A stretch of DNA of 64,000 nt, taken from contig JACPAV010000002.1 of the NCBI GenBank assembly GCA_016180645.1, forward strand, positions 62,001 to 126,000, in the 5' to 3' direction. Source of the stretch: Nitrospirota bacterium. Its GTDB lineage: Bacteria; JACPQY01. The position numbers and the translations under genes were made by a program. The notes beneath the pieces are model-generated. The model made no database searches. It worked only from the letters and a program-made list of their open reading frames with translations, and was not told the origin of the DNA. Shown one piece after another: positions 1-10,441 of the stretch; positions within the stretch are counted from its first letter, which is position 1; each line of letters starts with the position of its first letter.

Positions 1-1481
1 GAGCGTTCGGCGGCCAGGGCATCGGTCACCCGAAGCGTGTAGTCGCCCGGTTCGATGTCGGCGGGCAGGGTGAACGGATGGGTCAATTCGCTTCGCCCCT
101 TCCTTCCCGCGCGAAGGACGATTTCCAGTGGAAGCTTTTCCCCCGCTCGCACGTCAGAACGAGGCATGCGGATTCGGTCCAGCACGGCCGACTGATCCCC
201 CTTGTTCGCCTGCACGTTCAGCTCGATTCCCTGCACGCGGAGGGGCTTGTAGGGGTTGCGGAGAAGCCAGCCGATGGTTTGGGAGACATCGCCGACGACA
301 TCGGTAAGCGCGAAGTCGCCCGACCGGAAGATTTCCACCGGCACCGCTTCTTCCCCCTCGATCCGAATCGCGCCGCGGGCGTCGATCGTGACGGGGCTCG
401 ACATCCCGGTGCTGAGCATGATGAGGTTCCCCACCGTCATCTGCAATAGCGCCGGGGTCAGCACGATGTGCTCCACGACGTCGAAATGGTAGGTCTGGCC
501 GCCGTTGACGGTGACCCGCACTTTCACCGTCGGCGCGGATCGCCGCAGGAGGCCGACGATGCCGGTCGACTGGTCCCGCGTCCACGCCCCGACCGTTTCA
601 CCGTCGGACGTAATCTTGTACGAAAGGGCCTGGCCGGGCACGACGGTGAGCACCCGCGAGGGGGCCAAGGGAAAATTGACGTCGCCACCCCACATGAACG
701 GATGGCCGAAGGCGAGAATTCGATCTTTGTCGATGAAGGTCAGCGTACCCGACGCGCTCATGCTGATGTCGCCGGAGACGAGCCGGGCCGAGATGGAGGA
801 ACCGGGTTCAAGATTCCCCCCCCCCGCGCCGTCCGACCCGGATCCGGCGAGCACCGGGTAGAAGCCGAGCCTCTCGAAATCACCACGGAACAACCGGAGA
901 ATTTCGGGGTGAAAGCCGCTCATCGCCAAGGGCGTTTCGATGGGAATCACGCCTCCCGGATCAAAGACCCCTTTTCCCGTGGCCGTCGCCGCGGGTGCGT
1001 TCCGCTCCTGGATTTCCTGGGGAGGCAGCGGCCGAATTAGCCCGGGAGTCGCAGTGGGCTCGGCGGCGCCCGGCTCGGCCATACCTTCAAACAGGTCCAG
1101 CATGTCCTGGATCGGTGTGATGCCGGCGATGGGCCTCCGGGGAAACGCCCCGAACCGATACGCGAGCGCGCCGACGAGCTTGCCCTCGATGTAGACCGGA
1201 CTGCCGCTCATGCCGGCGATGACCCCCGCTTCATCCACCGCCTTGCCGCTCACCTCGGCCAGAATCAAACTGCGTTTGGGAGCGTAGTTTCGAAGAACAT
1301 CGATCACTTCGACTTGGAATTCCTCGATGGCGGTGCCTTTGAAAACGGTTTTGCCCACCCCCTTCATGCCGGGTTTGACTTGGTCGAGCGGAAAAATGGG
1401 CTCGGCGGTGCCAGCCCAAGCGGAAAGCCATGAGCCATGAGCCAGGAAGACACAGAGACACGCGATCCACTTGTACCTCAT
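1..1481 (-). CDS. Secreted SpoIVB-type peptidase S55 domain protein (3' end runs off the window)
   Basis: Not in the ORF track because it has no stop inside the window. Hand translation from ATG 1481 (GAGGAAAAAGCG upstream) gives MRYKWIACLCVFLAHGSWLSAWAGTAEPIFPLDQVKPGMKGVGKTVFKG...VIAGMSGSPVYIEGKLVGALAYRF...IAGITPIQDML, with the S55 GMSGSP motif after a signal peptide. Confidence 0.85.
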   Translation of the reverse strand, partial: MRYKWIACLCVFLAHGSWLSAWAGTAEPIFPLDQVKPGMKGVGKTVFKGTAIEEFQVEVIDVLRNYAPKRSLILAEVSGKAVDEAGVIAGMSGSPVYIEGKLVGALAYRFGAFPRRPIAGITPIQDMLDLFEGMAEPGAAEPTATPGLIRPLPPQEIQERNAPAATATGKGVFDPGGVIPIETPLAMSGFHPEILRLFRGDFERLGFYPVLAGSGSDGAGGGNLEPGSSISARLVSGDISMSASGTLTFIDKDRILAFGHPFMWGGDVNFPLAPSRVLTVVPGQALSYKITSDGETVGAWTRDQSTGIVGLLRRSAPTVKVRVTVNGGQTYHFDVVEHIVLTPALLQMTVGNLIMLSTGMSSPVTIDARGAIRIEGEEAVPVEIFRSGDFALTDVVGDVSQTIGWLLRNPYKPLRVQGIELNVQANKGDQSAVLDRIRMPRSDVRAGEKLPLEIVLRAGRKGRSELTHPFTLPADIEPGDYTLRVTDALAAER

Positions 1482-1528
1482 CGCTTTTTCCTCATCGCTA
1501 CCAAGAGCCTCTGACAGAATGCCGATTC

Positions 1529-1587
1529 GTAGGGGAGCATCTTCAGATGCTCCCTCTTGTCGGGAGGGTCTGAAGACCCTCCCCTAC
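1529..1587. repeat. GTAG-type REP doublet (REPIN-like)
   Basis: GTAG-GGGAGCATC-TTCA-GATGCTCCC followed by the inverted GGGAGGGTC-TGAA-GACCCTCCC-CTAC; related copies at 20169, 33623 and 45324. Confidence 0.8.
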
Positions 1588-1620
1588 GCATTCTGTTAGA
1601 CATGTAGAATCCGCCCTTCG

Positions 1621-3618
1621 ATGGCTTACGATGTGATCGTTGTTGGGGCCGGGCACGCCGGGTGCGAAGCCGCGCTTGCGGCGGCGCGAATGGACTGCTC
1701 CACGCTGCTGGTAACGCTCTCGCGGGAGGCCATCGCCCGGATGAGCTGCAACCCGTCCATCGGCGGAATCGGAAAAGGCCACCTCGTGAAGGAAATCGAC
1801 GCGTTGGGCGGCGAGATGGGCCGGAACACGGACAAGGCCGGGATTCAGTTCCGGCGGCTCAACATGAGCAAAGGCCCCGCCGTTCGCGGCACCCGCGCGC
1901 AGTGCGACCGCGGTCTCTATCACCTCTTCATGCGCCGGACGATCGAATCCCAGCCCGGGCTGACCGTGGTCGAGACTTCCGCCGAAGGTTTCCTCTTGCG
2001 AGCCACGAGCCACGAGCCACGGGCCACGATATGCGGAATCCGCTGCTCCAACGGCGCCGAGTACGAGGCAAAAGCCGTCGTCGTCACGACCGGTACTTTC
2101 CTTTCGGGACTCATTCACGTCGGCATGAAAAACTGGTCGGCGGGGCGATGGAACGAGCCCCCTTCAATGGGTCTCTCGGCCGCTCTCGCACGGGCGGGCT
2201 ATCGCCTCGGCCGATTCAAGACGGGCACCCCCCCGAGGATCGACGCCCGGACGATCGATTTTTCCCGGCTGGAGGTTCAGGCGGGTGACGAACCACCGCC
2301 GCCGTTTTCACTCGCCACCGAGCGCATTGAGCAGCCTCAAGTGCCGTGCTGGATCACCTCCACTCACGGCGGCACGCACGACATCATCCGGCGCAATCTG
2401 GACGTGTCGCCGTTGTATCGCGGCATCATCCAGGGGCTCGGCCCCCGATACTGCCCCTCCATCGAAGACAAAATCCACAAGTTTCCCGATCGGACCCGTC
2501 ACCAGATCTTTCTCGAGCCCGAGGGCTACGACACATTCTTCCCCGCCGAATCCCAATCCGGAATTTCAAATCTGAAATCCGAAATTCCCGGTTCGTCTTC
2601 ATCTCAAATCTCAAATCTCAAATCTGAAATCCCCTTGATCTATCCGAACGGCATATCCACGAGTTTGCCGGAAGAGGTGCAGCGGGAGTTCGTCCACACG
2701 ATCCCCGGACTCGAAGAGGCGAGACTGGCCCGTCCCGGCTACGCCATCGAATACGACTACGTCGATCCCACCCAGCTCTGGCCGACACTCCAGGGCAAAC
2801 TCACGGAAGGGCTGTTCCTGGCGGGCCAGATCAACGGCACCACGGGATATGAAGAGGCGGGAGCGCTCGGCCTCGTCGCCGGCATCAATGCCGCGCTCAA
2901 GGCGCAGGCGCTCCAATCGTGGGTACCTCGTCGGGACCAGTCGTACATCGGCGTGCTCGTGGACGATCTCGTCACCAAGGGAACGAACGAACCTTATAGG
3001 ATGTTCACCTCCCGCGCCGAGAACCGTCTGGCCCTCAGAGAATCCAACGCCGACCTCCGTCTCCGCGAAACCGGCCATCGGCTCGGACTCGTTTCGAACG
3101 AGGAATTCGCCGGCTATCAGGAGAAGGTCCGGGGAATCGAATTCGGCCTGGCCGCCTTGCGCGAAACGCGGGTTACACCGTCGGCCGATGTCAACAACCG
3201 CCTTCGCTCCCAAGGGTGGCCGCCCATCGACAAAGTGACCACACTCGAAGAACTCCTCCGCCGCCCCGAAGTGACTCTGGATCGGCTGTTGGCCTTCTTC
3301 TCTGAGTTTTCTCCCGCCTCCCACCTCTCACCTCCCGCCTCCCACCTTGAAATCGAACTCCGGACGAAATACGACGGCTACCTTCGCCGTGAATCCCAGC
3401 TTAATGAACAGGCCCGCGCGTGGGAATCCCATCCCATCCCCGAGGCATTCGGCTTCCGCGGACTGAATGGGCTTTCGCGCGAAATGGTCGAAAAACTCGA
3501 CCGGGTCCGGCCCCGCACGCTCGCCCAGGCCTCGCGCATACCGGGTGTCACCCCCGCCGCGGTTGCGGTCCTCATGGTCCACCTCAAACGTTTCCCTATC
3601 GAGGCCAAGCCTCTATAG
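1621..3618 (+). CDS. mnmG: tRNA uridine-5-carboxymethylaminomethyl(34) synthesis enzyme MnmG/GidA
   Basis: [56 protein letters not shown] and [11 protein letters not shown] motifs; carries three micro-repeat-derived segments. Confidence 0.98.
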   Translation: MAYDVIVVGAGHAGCEAALAAARMDCSTLLVTLSREAIARMSCNPSIGGIGKGHLVKEIDALGGEMGRNTDKAGIQFRRLNMSKGPAVRGTRAQCDRGLYHLFMRRTIESQPGLTVVETSAEGFLLRATSHEPRATICGIRCSNGAEYEAKAVVVTTGTFLSGLIHVGMKNWSAGRWNEPPSMGLSAALARAGYRLGRFKTGTPPRIDARTIDFSRLEVQAGDEPPPPFSLATERIEQPQVPCWITSTHGGTHDIIRRNLDVSPLYRGIIQGLGPRYCPSIEDKIHKFPDRTRHQIFLEPEGYDTFFPAESQSGISNLKSEIPGSSSSQISNLKSEIPLIYPNGISTSLPEEVQREFVHTIPGLEEARLARPGYAIEYDYVDPTQLWPTLQGKLTEGLFLAGQINGTTGYEEAGALGLVAGINAALKAQALQSWVPRRDQSYIGVLVDDLVTKGTNEPYRMFTSRAENRLALRESNADLRLRETGHRLGLVSNEEFAGYQEKVRGIEFGLAALRETRVTPSADVNNRLRSQGWPPIDKVTTLEELLRRPEVTLDRLLAFFSEFSPASHLSPPASHLEIELRTKYDGYLRRESQLNEQARAWESHPIPEAFGFRGLNGLSREMVEKLDRVRPRTLAQASRIPGVTPAAVAVLMVHLKRFPIEAKPL

Positions 3619-3652
3619 CGTGATTCTTCTACTATAGAGGTTTAACCTCGAT
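3598..3652. repeat. Imperfect 21-bp inverted repeat spanning the mnmG stop
   Basis: ATCGAGGCCAAGCCTCTATAG (3598-3618) versus the reverse complement of 3632-3652 (ATCGAGGTTAAACCTCTATAG): 18/21 identical, 13-nt loop. Confidence 0.7.
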
Positions 3653-3655
3653 AGT

Positions 3656-5797
3656 ATGAGATTCGAGGACAAGTCGATCCTGGTTTTCGGACCCCTCATG
3701 TTCGTATCCGACCGTTACGGCGATGCGTCCGATTCCCTGACCGAGCCGAAAGGGCTTTTCTGGTACGACACGAGATGTGTTCGCTCGCTGGACCTGCGCA
3801 TCAACGGAGAAGTCCCCAATCTGCTGACCACCGATGAGGACGCGGTCGACCGCCGCCGCTTCGGCCTCACGTTGACCGATGTTGAAACCGCGGGGCTCTT
3901 CCAGCATCCACGGCATTTCGTCTTCATCACGAGAACGCAACTTCTCGATCCTCACGGTTTCATCGATGCGCTGGACATCCGAAGTTTCACGCCGCGGAGA
4001 TACCCGCTCGACATCACGTTCCGCTGGGGATTGGACTTCGCGGACGTTTCCGAGATCCGTCACCCCGGTCTGAAACCGGTGATCCACCGTGCCATCGTCG
4101 CGAGGCGGAGCGCGCGGTCGATGGAGTTTGTTTACCGGGGTCGGGACCGCCGCCGCTACTCCTGTCTCATTCAGTCGAGCCTTTCGGCCGGGCGCCTCTC
4201 GCCGGAAGGGTTTCGCGTTCGCATCACTCTTCCTCCCCGGGCTTCTCTTCAGTTCTCCATCGGCATCATTCCCGAGGTGCAACCCTGGGCGGCCGCTTCT
4301 CCGAGCACCCGCCGCTCCAAGCCTGCCACCCGTCCGGCCCGTTTGAGTCTCACCCCCTTGATACGCCGCCAGGAACGCTCCAGAACGCGCTGGCTCGCCG
4401 CGGGAGCCGCCATCCTCTCTGACGATCCCGCATTCGACCGCCGCATCCGCCACGCCTGGGACGACCTTCGATGTTTGGAACTTCCCATCGGACGCCACTC
4501 CGTTCCTTCCGCCGGAGTCCCGTTCTTTCACGCCCCGTTCGGGCGCGACATGATCATCACGGCGTTCTCCCTCCTGCCCTTTCGGCCGCAGGTCGCCGAG
4601 CAAACGCTTCGATTCCTTGCCCGGTGGCAGGGCCGTGTCCGAAACGTCTATCGGGAAGAAGAACCCGGAAAAATCCTCCACGAACTTCGTGTGGGGGAAC
4701 GCGCGCGCACCGGTCGCGTGCCCCATTCCCCCTATTACGGCAGCAGCGACGTTACCCTCCTGTTCGCCACTCTGCTACACGAGTACTTTCTGTGGAGCGG
4801 CGACGTGGGATTCGTTCGTGAAATGGCGCCTTCCCTTTCGGCTGCGCTGCGGTGGGCCGAAGCCTACGGGGACGCGGATGGCGACAGTTGGATCGAATAT
4901 GACGCCGTTCCGGGACGCGGTCTCATTCACAAGGGCTGGAAGGATAGCCGGGACAGCCTGATGGATGACCGGGGCAACCCGCCCCACCCGCCCCTCCGCC
5001 TGGTGGAAATTCAGGGCTATTGGGCGGACGCCCTCGAACGATCATCGCAAGTTTTCGAGGCGATCAAGGATCACCCGCAAGCCGCCCTCTGCTCACAACG
5101 AGCGCGCGTGCTCAAGTCCAGAATCGAAAAACAGTTCTGGGTCCCCTCGCGACGCAGCTTTGCCCTCGCGCTCGACGGACACCGCCGCCCGATCCGGTCC
5201 GTCACCTCCAACGCGGGCCACCTGCTCTTCTCCGGCGCCGTGACCGCCGCCGTCGCCCGCCGGATTCGGAACCGTCTGTTCGCAAACGACATGCACTCAG
5301 GATGGGGGATTCGAACGCTTTCCTCGCTCGATCCGGCCTATCACCCCCTGCACTATCATCGAGGCACGGTCTGGCCGCATGACAATGCCGTCATCGCCTT
5401 CGGTTTGGCCCGGTACGGAATGACCTCCGATGCCGCCTCGCTCCTTCACTCACTCGGAGGGGCATTCGCACGCCTCCCCAGCCGCCGCTGGCCGGAACTC
5501 TTCGCCGGTTTCAGCAGGGCCGAACATCCTGCGCCGGTTCCCTATCCTTTGGCCTGTGCCCCGCAGGCGTGGTCCGCCGCCGCCCTGTTTCTCCTGCTCC
5601 GCTCTTCGCTCGGCCTCTTCGCAAACGCCCCCGCCGGAAGGGTCGAACTCCGGAACCCCGTTCTCCCGGCGGGCGTCCGTCGGCTGGAAATCAAGAACCT
5701 CCGCGTGGGCCGCACGGTCGGAGATCTCCTGCTGGCGCCCGATGATTCGAGATGGACGCTTCGCTCAGGCCCGCGCGTGATCCTTCGCTCGCACTGA
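3656..5797 (+). CDS. Amylo-alpha-1,6-glucosidase / glycogen debranching enzyme family (GDE_N + GDE_C)
   Basis: GLFWYDTR, AGVPFF..FGRD, EEPGKILHELR, PYYGSSD, GWKDS, LVEIQGY, YHRGTVWPHDN and ACAPQAW motifs. Confidence 0.9.
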   Translation: MRFEDKSILVFGPLMFVSDRYGDASDSLTEPKGLFWYDTRCVRSLDLRINGEVPNLLTTDEDAVDRRRFGLTLTDVETAGLFQHPRHFVFITRTQLLDPHGFIDALDIRSFTPRRYPLDITFRWGLDFADVSEIRHPGLKPVIHRAIVARRSARSMEFVYRGRDRRRYSCLIQSSLSAGRLSPEGFRVRITLPPRASLQFSIGIIPEVQPWAAASPSTRRSKPATRPARLSLTPLIRRQERSRTRWLAAGAAILSDDPAFDRRIRHAWDDLRCLELPIGRHSVPSAGVPFFHAPFGRDMIITAFSLLPFRPQVAEQTLRFLARWQGRVRNVYREEEPGKILHELRVGERARTGRVPHSPYYGSSDVTLLFATLLHEYFLWSGDVGFVREMAPSLSAALRWAEAYGDADGDSWIEYDAVPGRGLIHKGWKDSRDSLMDDRGNPPHPPLRLVEIQGYWADALERSSQVFEAIKDHPQAALCSQRARVLKSRIEKQFWVPSRRSFALALDGHRRPIRSVTSNAGHLLFSGAVTAAVARRIRNRLFANDMHSGWGIRTLSSLDPAYHPLHYHRGTVWPHDNAVIAFGLARYGMTSDAASLLHSLGGAFARLPSRRWPELFAGFSRAEHPAPVPYPLACAPQAWSAAALFLLLRSSLGLFANAPAGRVELRNPVLPAGVRRLEIKNLRVGRTVGDLLLAPDDSRWTLRSGPRVILRSH

Positions 5798-6586
5798 CCG
5801 ACCTGCGGCAACCATCCCTTCCAAGAACCGAAGGACGCGGTCGGGATTGGCCAGCCGGTACCGCGCGGCGGTGGCTCTCGGCCTGCCCACTCGGATGGTA
5901 ATTCCTTCGCGCCGGAGGGCCTTGAACGCCGGCTCGTCACTCCGGTCGTCCCCGATGTAGACCACCAGCGGATTTCGCTCCAGTCCATTCCGGCCCAGCA
6001 GGGCCTCGGAAACCGCCCACCCCTTGTCGATACCCCGCGCGCCAATCTCCAGCCCGTAGGCGTTCTCGGTCAGGTGGAGCGAACGGGCCTGATCCACGAT
6101 CTTCATCCGCCGCCGGGCCATATCGAGCACTTCCCGCCGACGGCCGGCCGGCAGCGTCCGCGCCTGGATCCCCACGCACCCCCATTTGTCTTCGAGGATG
6201 AGCTCCGGATGACGCCGGAGGTCTTTCCGAAGCAGCGCGTGAAGGTGGGCGATCGCGGGACGCAACGATCGAATCCTCGGGTGCCAGGCGGGTTTTCGGC
6301 CGGGGCGTTTGATCTGCGCCCCGTAGGCGCCGAAGTAGGTCAGCCCGCGGATGGGCAGCATCTTGGAGAGTTGGCTCGCGCTTCGTCCGCTGACCATCAC
6401 CAATCGGATCCCCGGCGTTTCCACCAGGGCGCGAAGAAGGCAAACAAGCCTTTCCGACGGCCTGGCCTTCGCAGGCCGATCCTGAAGTTCCACCAGCGTC
6501 CCGTCATAATCCAGAAGGAGAATGAGCCCGCCGCTGAAGTCTCTCGCCCGCCGCACCAGCGCGGCCACCCGTTTCAGGTGCGCCAT
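5765..6586 (-). CDS. otsB: Trehalose-6-phosphate phosphatase (HAD)
   Basis: LLDYDGTL, VSGR, DKG and YIGDDRSDEPAF motifs; directly downstream of otsA. Confidence 0.93.
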   Translation of the reverse strand: MAHLKRVAALVRRARDFSGGLILLLDYDGTLVELQDRPAKARPSERLVCLLRALVETPGIRLVMVSGRSASQLSKMLPIRGLTYFGAYGAQIKRPGRKPAWHPRIRSLRPAIAHLHALLRKDLRRHPELILEDKWGCVGIQARTLPAGRRREVLDMARRRMKIVDQARSLHLTENAYGLEIGARGIDKGWAVSEALLGRNGLERNPLVVYIGDDRSDEPAFKALRREGITIRVGRPRATAARYRLANPDRVLRFLEGMVAAGRSVRAKDHARA

Positions 6587-6589
6587 GAA

Positions 6590-7999
6590 TCAGGAGATAG
6601 AGGAAAGGCAGGACTCCGCCCAGTGCTTCAAATCCTGCTCCAGCACGTGCTCCCGGAGTTTCCTCATCCGTTTGCGCTGCTCGCGCAGGGGCAGGGCCAG
6701 GGCCCAGGCGAGGCCACGGGCCACCTCCTGCGGATTGTACGGATTCACGATGATGGCATCCGACATCGCCTCGGCGGCGCCCGCGAATTCGCTCAGGATC
6801 AGCACACCCCGTTCATCCGGGTGGCACGCCACGTACTCCTTGGCCACGAGGTTCATGCCGTCCCTCAACGGAGTGACGAGGGCAACGTCCGCCGCGCCGT
6901 AGTAGGCCACAAGAGAGGGCAGCGCCATCATTCGATAGAAATAATGGATCGGCACCCAGCCGCCGCGCGAAAAGCGCCCGTTGATCCGGCCGATCGAACG
7001 ATCGATCTCCTCCTTCATTTTCCGGTACTCCTCGACTCGGGTCCGGCTCGGCACCATGATCTGGAGGAACACGAACTTCTCATGATAGGCCGGATATTGT
7101 TCCAGGAACAATTCGACCGCTTCAAGCCGCTCCAACACGCCTTTCGTGTAGTCCAATCGATCCACCGCCAGGGCCAGATGGCGCGCACGGAAGTAACGCC
7201 TCAAATCGCGCACGTTCTGTTTCACCTCTTTCGACGCAGCCAGCCGCTGAAGCTCACCCACATCCACGCCCATCGGGAAAGACCTGACGCGCACGCGGTG
7301 ATTCGCCATCCTTACGATCCCCTTCTTGCGAAGGACCTTCAGTTCCAGAACTTTGTTGACACACTGGAGGAAATTGCGGGCGTAGCCGTCGGTGTGGAAC
7401 CCGATGACGTTGCTTTCGAGCAGCCCGGCCAGGAGCTCCTTGCGCCAGGGAAAAACGGTGAAGACTTCCCGCGCCGGAAAAGGGACGTGCCAGAAGAAAA
7501 GGATCTTCGCGCGCTTCCTCCGCTCGCGGATCAGCCGGGGTACGAGCGCAAGCTGGTAATCGTGAACCCAGACGAGATCCCCGGGCCGAACCTCGTCCGA
7601 TACCGCCCGGGCGATCTTCTGGTTCACTTTCACAAACGTTTCCCACTCGTCCGCGCTGAAGCGGCAGCGCCCGACGAAATAGTGCGCGAGGGGCCACAAA
7701 CCATTGTTCGACAGCCCCGAGTAGAAATCGCTAACTTCTCGTTCCGTGAGATGAACGAGCTTGAGTGAATAGCGGGGCTTGTCGATGGGAACTTCCACAC
7801 GACGGATTCTGCGGCGTTCACTCCCCGTGTCGCCCCAAGCCACCCACAGTCCGCCTCTCGCCTGCATCACCGGATCCAGCCCGGCGACCAGCCCACCGAC
7901 AGCTCTTTCTGCTTTCAGCTCGGTCGGGGTCCCTCGGATGCTGTACGGCGCCCGGCTCGAGACAACGATGACTCTAGAATTCTCCGGGGACGCCCGCAT
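6590..7999 (-). CDS. otsA: Trehalose-6-phosphate synthase (GT20)
   Basis: GGLV, LWPLAHY, WVHDYQL, FFWHVPFP, VDRLDYTKG and LRDGMNLVAKEY motifs. Confidence 0.96.
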   Translation of the reverse strand: MRASPENSRVIVVSSRAPYSIRGTPTELKAERAVGGLVAGLDPVMQARGGLWVAWGDTGSERRRIRRVEVPIDKPRYSLKLVHLTEREVSDFYSGLSNNGLWPLAHYFVGRCRFSADEWETFVKVNQKIARAVSDEVRPGDLVWVHDYQLALVPRLIRERRKRAKILFFWHVPFPAREVFTVFPWRKELLAGLLESNVIGFHTDGYARNFLQCVNKVLELKVLRKKGIVRMANHRVRVRSFPMGVDVGELQRLAASKEVKQNVRDLRRYFRARHLALAVDRLDYTKGVLERLEAVELFLEQYPAYHEKFVFLQIMVPSRTRVEEYRKMKEEIDRSIGRINGRFSRGGWVPIHYFYRMMALPSLVAYYGAADVALVTPLRDGMNLVAKEYVACHPDERGVLILSEFAGAAEAMSDAIIVNPYNPQEVARGLAWALALPLREQRKRMRKLREHVLEQDLKHWAESCLSSIS

Positions 8000-8077
8000 T
8001 CCTCTCCCAACGGCCGCGGCATTTCAAGCACAGGATCGACCCGGCGCCGTGCCATGGACAAAGTTTCTCCTCGAGGC

Positions 8078-9346
8078 TCATGGCCTCCCTACCGGATGCC
8101 CCACGTCCGCGGGCACCGACGGACTCTTCTGAACCGCAATCACCTGGCTAGGATACACGCTCCGGTGGCCGGAGACCACAAAGCTGACGACCGAGGCGAG
8201 GGCGGCGAACGGGGCGACACGTGGCCCGAACATTTCGACGGCCAGAACGGAAGCCGCGATGGGAGTGTTGGCGCAGCCGGCCAGAACGGCGCAGAATCCC
8301 ATGGCGGCATATACAGCCGCATCGCCGGAAGCCGTCATCGCGTCGAACAGATGTCCCGCGGAGGCTCCGACGAAGAATATCGGCGTAATCACTCCGCCGC
8401 TGCCGCCGCCGGCCAGCGTAATCGCCGTGGACAGACTCTTCCAGAAAAAGGCCGTGGCGGGGACCGTTTGGCCTTCCAGCATGCTTTGCAGCGTTTGCAA
8501 GCCCAGGCCCAGGTACGCGGGCGACACCAGCCAACCCACCAGAACGAGCAAGACCCCTCCGAAACAGGCCCGAACCGGCCACCCACCCGGGAGTTGACGA
8601 AACCCTCGATGAACCATTCTCACCATTTCGATCAGGAAGACGGAAATGAGTCCGCAGAACAGACCGAAAATGACCGTTTTGAGGAGCATCCCCTCCGTCA
8701 TGGGCCTGAGAGCGGCGATCTCATGGTGGAAGTACGCTGCGCCGAGCAGGCGGGTCACGTAGTAACCGGTGAGGCCGGACACAAACGCGGGGAACAGGGT
8801 GTCATAGACGATCTGCCCCAGGAACAATACCTCGACGCCAAAGAGGGCTCCCGCGATCGGGGTGCCGAAAACCGAAGCAAAGCCGGCGCTGATTCCGCAA
8901 ATCACGATCTTTCGCCGGTCCACATCCTTGGCGCGCAGAAGAGACGAGATTGCAGAAGCCAATCCCGCCCCAATCTGCGCGCACGGGCCTTCCTTGCCCA
9001 CGGAGCCTCCGGTGGCCATCGTGAGCACGGAGGTGACAGCTTTCACGGGTGCCACGCGCCAATCGATCCGGCCGGATCGAAGATGTACGGCTTCGATCAC
9101 CTTCTCGGTGCCGTGGCCTTCGGCGTCCGGGGCCAGTCGGCGAGTAAGATAGGCGGCCGCAAGCAAGCTGCCCGGGAGAACGACGAAATAGGCCGGATGG
9201 GCCGACGCTCTCCCGGTGGCCCACGTCAGCAGGTAGAGGAAACCGCTCGTGCTCAGGCCGACGACGCCTCCCACCACGGATGCGTACGCCATCCACTTGG
9301 CCAGGCTCCCCATCAGGGTGACCTCTTCAAGGATTTTCTTCGTCAT
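8078..9346 (-). CDS. ClC-family chloride channel/transporter (no CBS domains)
   Basis: GSVGKEGPCAQIG, FGTPIAGALF and GGSGGVITPIF motifs; multiple hydrophobic helices. Confidence 0.92.
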   Translation of the reverse strand: MTKKILEEVTLMGSLAKWMAYASVVGGVVGLSTSGFLYLLTWATGRASAHPAYFVVLPGSLLAAAYLTRRLAPDAEGHGTEKVIEAVHLRSGRIDWRVAPVKAVTSVLTMATGGSVGKEGPCAQIGAGLASAISSLLRAKDVDRRKIVICGISAGFASVFGTPIAGALFGVEVLFLGQIVYDTLFPAFVSGLTGYYVTRLLGAAYFHHEIAALRPMTEGMLLKTVIFGLFCGLISVFLIEMVRMVHRGFRQLPGGWPVRACFGGVLLVLVGWLVSPAYLGLGLQTLQSMLEGQTVPATAFFWKSLSTAITLAGGGSGGVITPIFFVGASAGHLFDAMTASGDAAVYAAMGFCAVLAGCANTPIAASVLAVEMFGPRVAPFAALASVVSFVVSGHRSVYPSQVIAVQKSPSVPADVGHPVGRP

Positions 9347-9358
9347 GTGAAGTCAGAC

Positions 9359-9387
9359 ATTCTAGGCAGGCCAGGATGCGGGAGCAA
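9359..9387 (-). promoter_or_regulatory. Sigma70-like promoter for the ClC gene
   Basis: TTGCTC-N17-TAGAAT on the minus strand, 12 nt before ATG 9346. Confidence 0.5.
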
Positions 9388-9393
9388 GCCGTC

Positions 9394-10437
9394 TCAGTCC
9401 GCTCCTCGCGGAGACATCAGCACCGTCCGCACCGGGAAAGGAATCTCGATCCCCTCCTGGCGATAGCGTTTGTGGAGCCGCTTGATGAATTCGTGTTTGA
9501 TGACATGCTGCGACACAAAGTCCTTCCCGCGGAGAATCACGGTGAAATTCACACTGAAATCGCCGAACGTGTGGAAACGAATGAAGGGGTCGAAGGTTGC
9601 AACCCCGCCCTCCACGCCCCGCATGATTTCCCGTCCAGCCTCGCACGTCACCCGCTCGACCTTGTCCAGGTCGGAGCCGTAGGCCACGCCCACCTGAACG
9701 AGGACCGCGAGGTCGGGCTGGGGCAGGGCGTAGTTCGTCACGACGGCCTGCGAAAGTTTCCCGTTGGGGACCACGACAATGTTTCCGGGCAGCGTCCGGA
9801 TCGTCGTCTCGCGCCATCCGATGTCTTCGACGTAGCCCTCGTCCCCCGTGTCGACTCGAACAAAATCCCCGGGCCGGAGCTTGCGAGCCAACGTCAGATA
9901 GAACCCCGCGAAGAAATTGGTCAACGTATCCTGAAGAGCCAGCGCCACGGCCAGGCCGCCGACGCCCAAGGCGGTCAACATCGGCGTGATGGAAATCCCG
10001 AGATGATTCAGAATCATCAGGGCGCCCACCCCGATCACAAAGCCGTTCGCGACATACGTGAGGAGCGACGTCTTGGGGAAATTGGGTATTTTGGAGGCGT
10101 ATTCCCGGATCAGGCCGGTTACGATCCTGACGCCGGCCACCACGAGAGTCACAATGAAGATGGGAATGAGGATCTTGTCGGTTGTGGAGACAGCTACCGG
10201 CGGCAAGTCCGCCACCCTCACCGCCACATAGGCCGCCGCAATCCCAACCCAAACCCACCCGGGGCCTTTGACGGCCTCTACGAGCACATCATCCCATCTC
10301 CACCGGGACCGTCCGGCCCACAGGGAGAGCCGCGCCAGTCCTACGCGAAAGAGGACCGCGCCGGCCAGAACAAGGGCGGCGAACATCCCCACCGCTCGGA
10401 ACGGGGCGGATTCCGCCAAGGCGTGAACCCATTTCAT
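9394..10437 (-). CDS. mscS: Small-conductance mechanosensitive channel (MscS family)
   Basis: ALGVGGLAVALALQDTLTNFFAG, GYVEDIGWRETT, VVVPNGKL and EGIEIPFP motifs; start placed at ATG 10437 just after the upstream stop. Confidence 0.92.
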   Translation of the reverse strand: MKWVHALAESAPFRAVGMFAALVLAGAVLFRVGLARLSLWAGRSRWRWDDVLVEAVKGPGWVWVGIAAAYVAVRVADLPPVAVSTTDKILIPIFIVTLVVAGVRIVTGLIREYASKIPNFPKTSLLTYVANGFVIGVGALMILNHLGISITPMLTALGVGGLAVALALQDTLTNFFAGFYLTLARKLRPGDFVRVDTGDEGYVEDIGWRETTIRTLPGNIVVVPNGKLSQAVVTNYALPQPDLAVLVQVGVAYGSDLDKVERVTCEAGREIMRGVEGGVATFDPFIRFHTFGDFSVNFTVILRGKDFVSQHVIKHEFIKRLHKRYRQEGIEIPFPVRTVLMSPRGAD

Positions 10438-10441
10438 GATG

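Noticed and set aside
3632-4726. Minus-strand 364-aa ORF ending IEVKPL, like the IEAKPL end of MnmG
   Set aside because: The similarity results from the 21-bp inverted repeat; the rest is a shadow of the debranching-enzyme gene.
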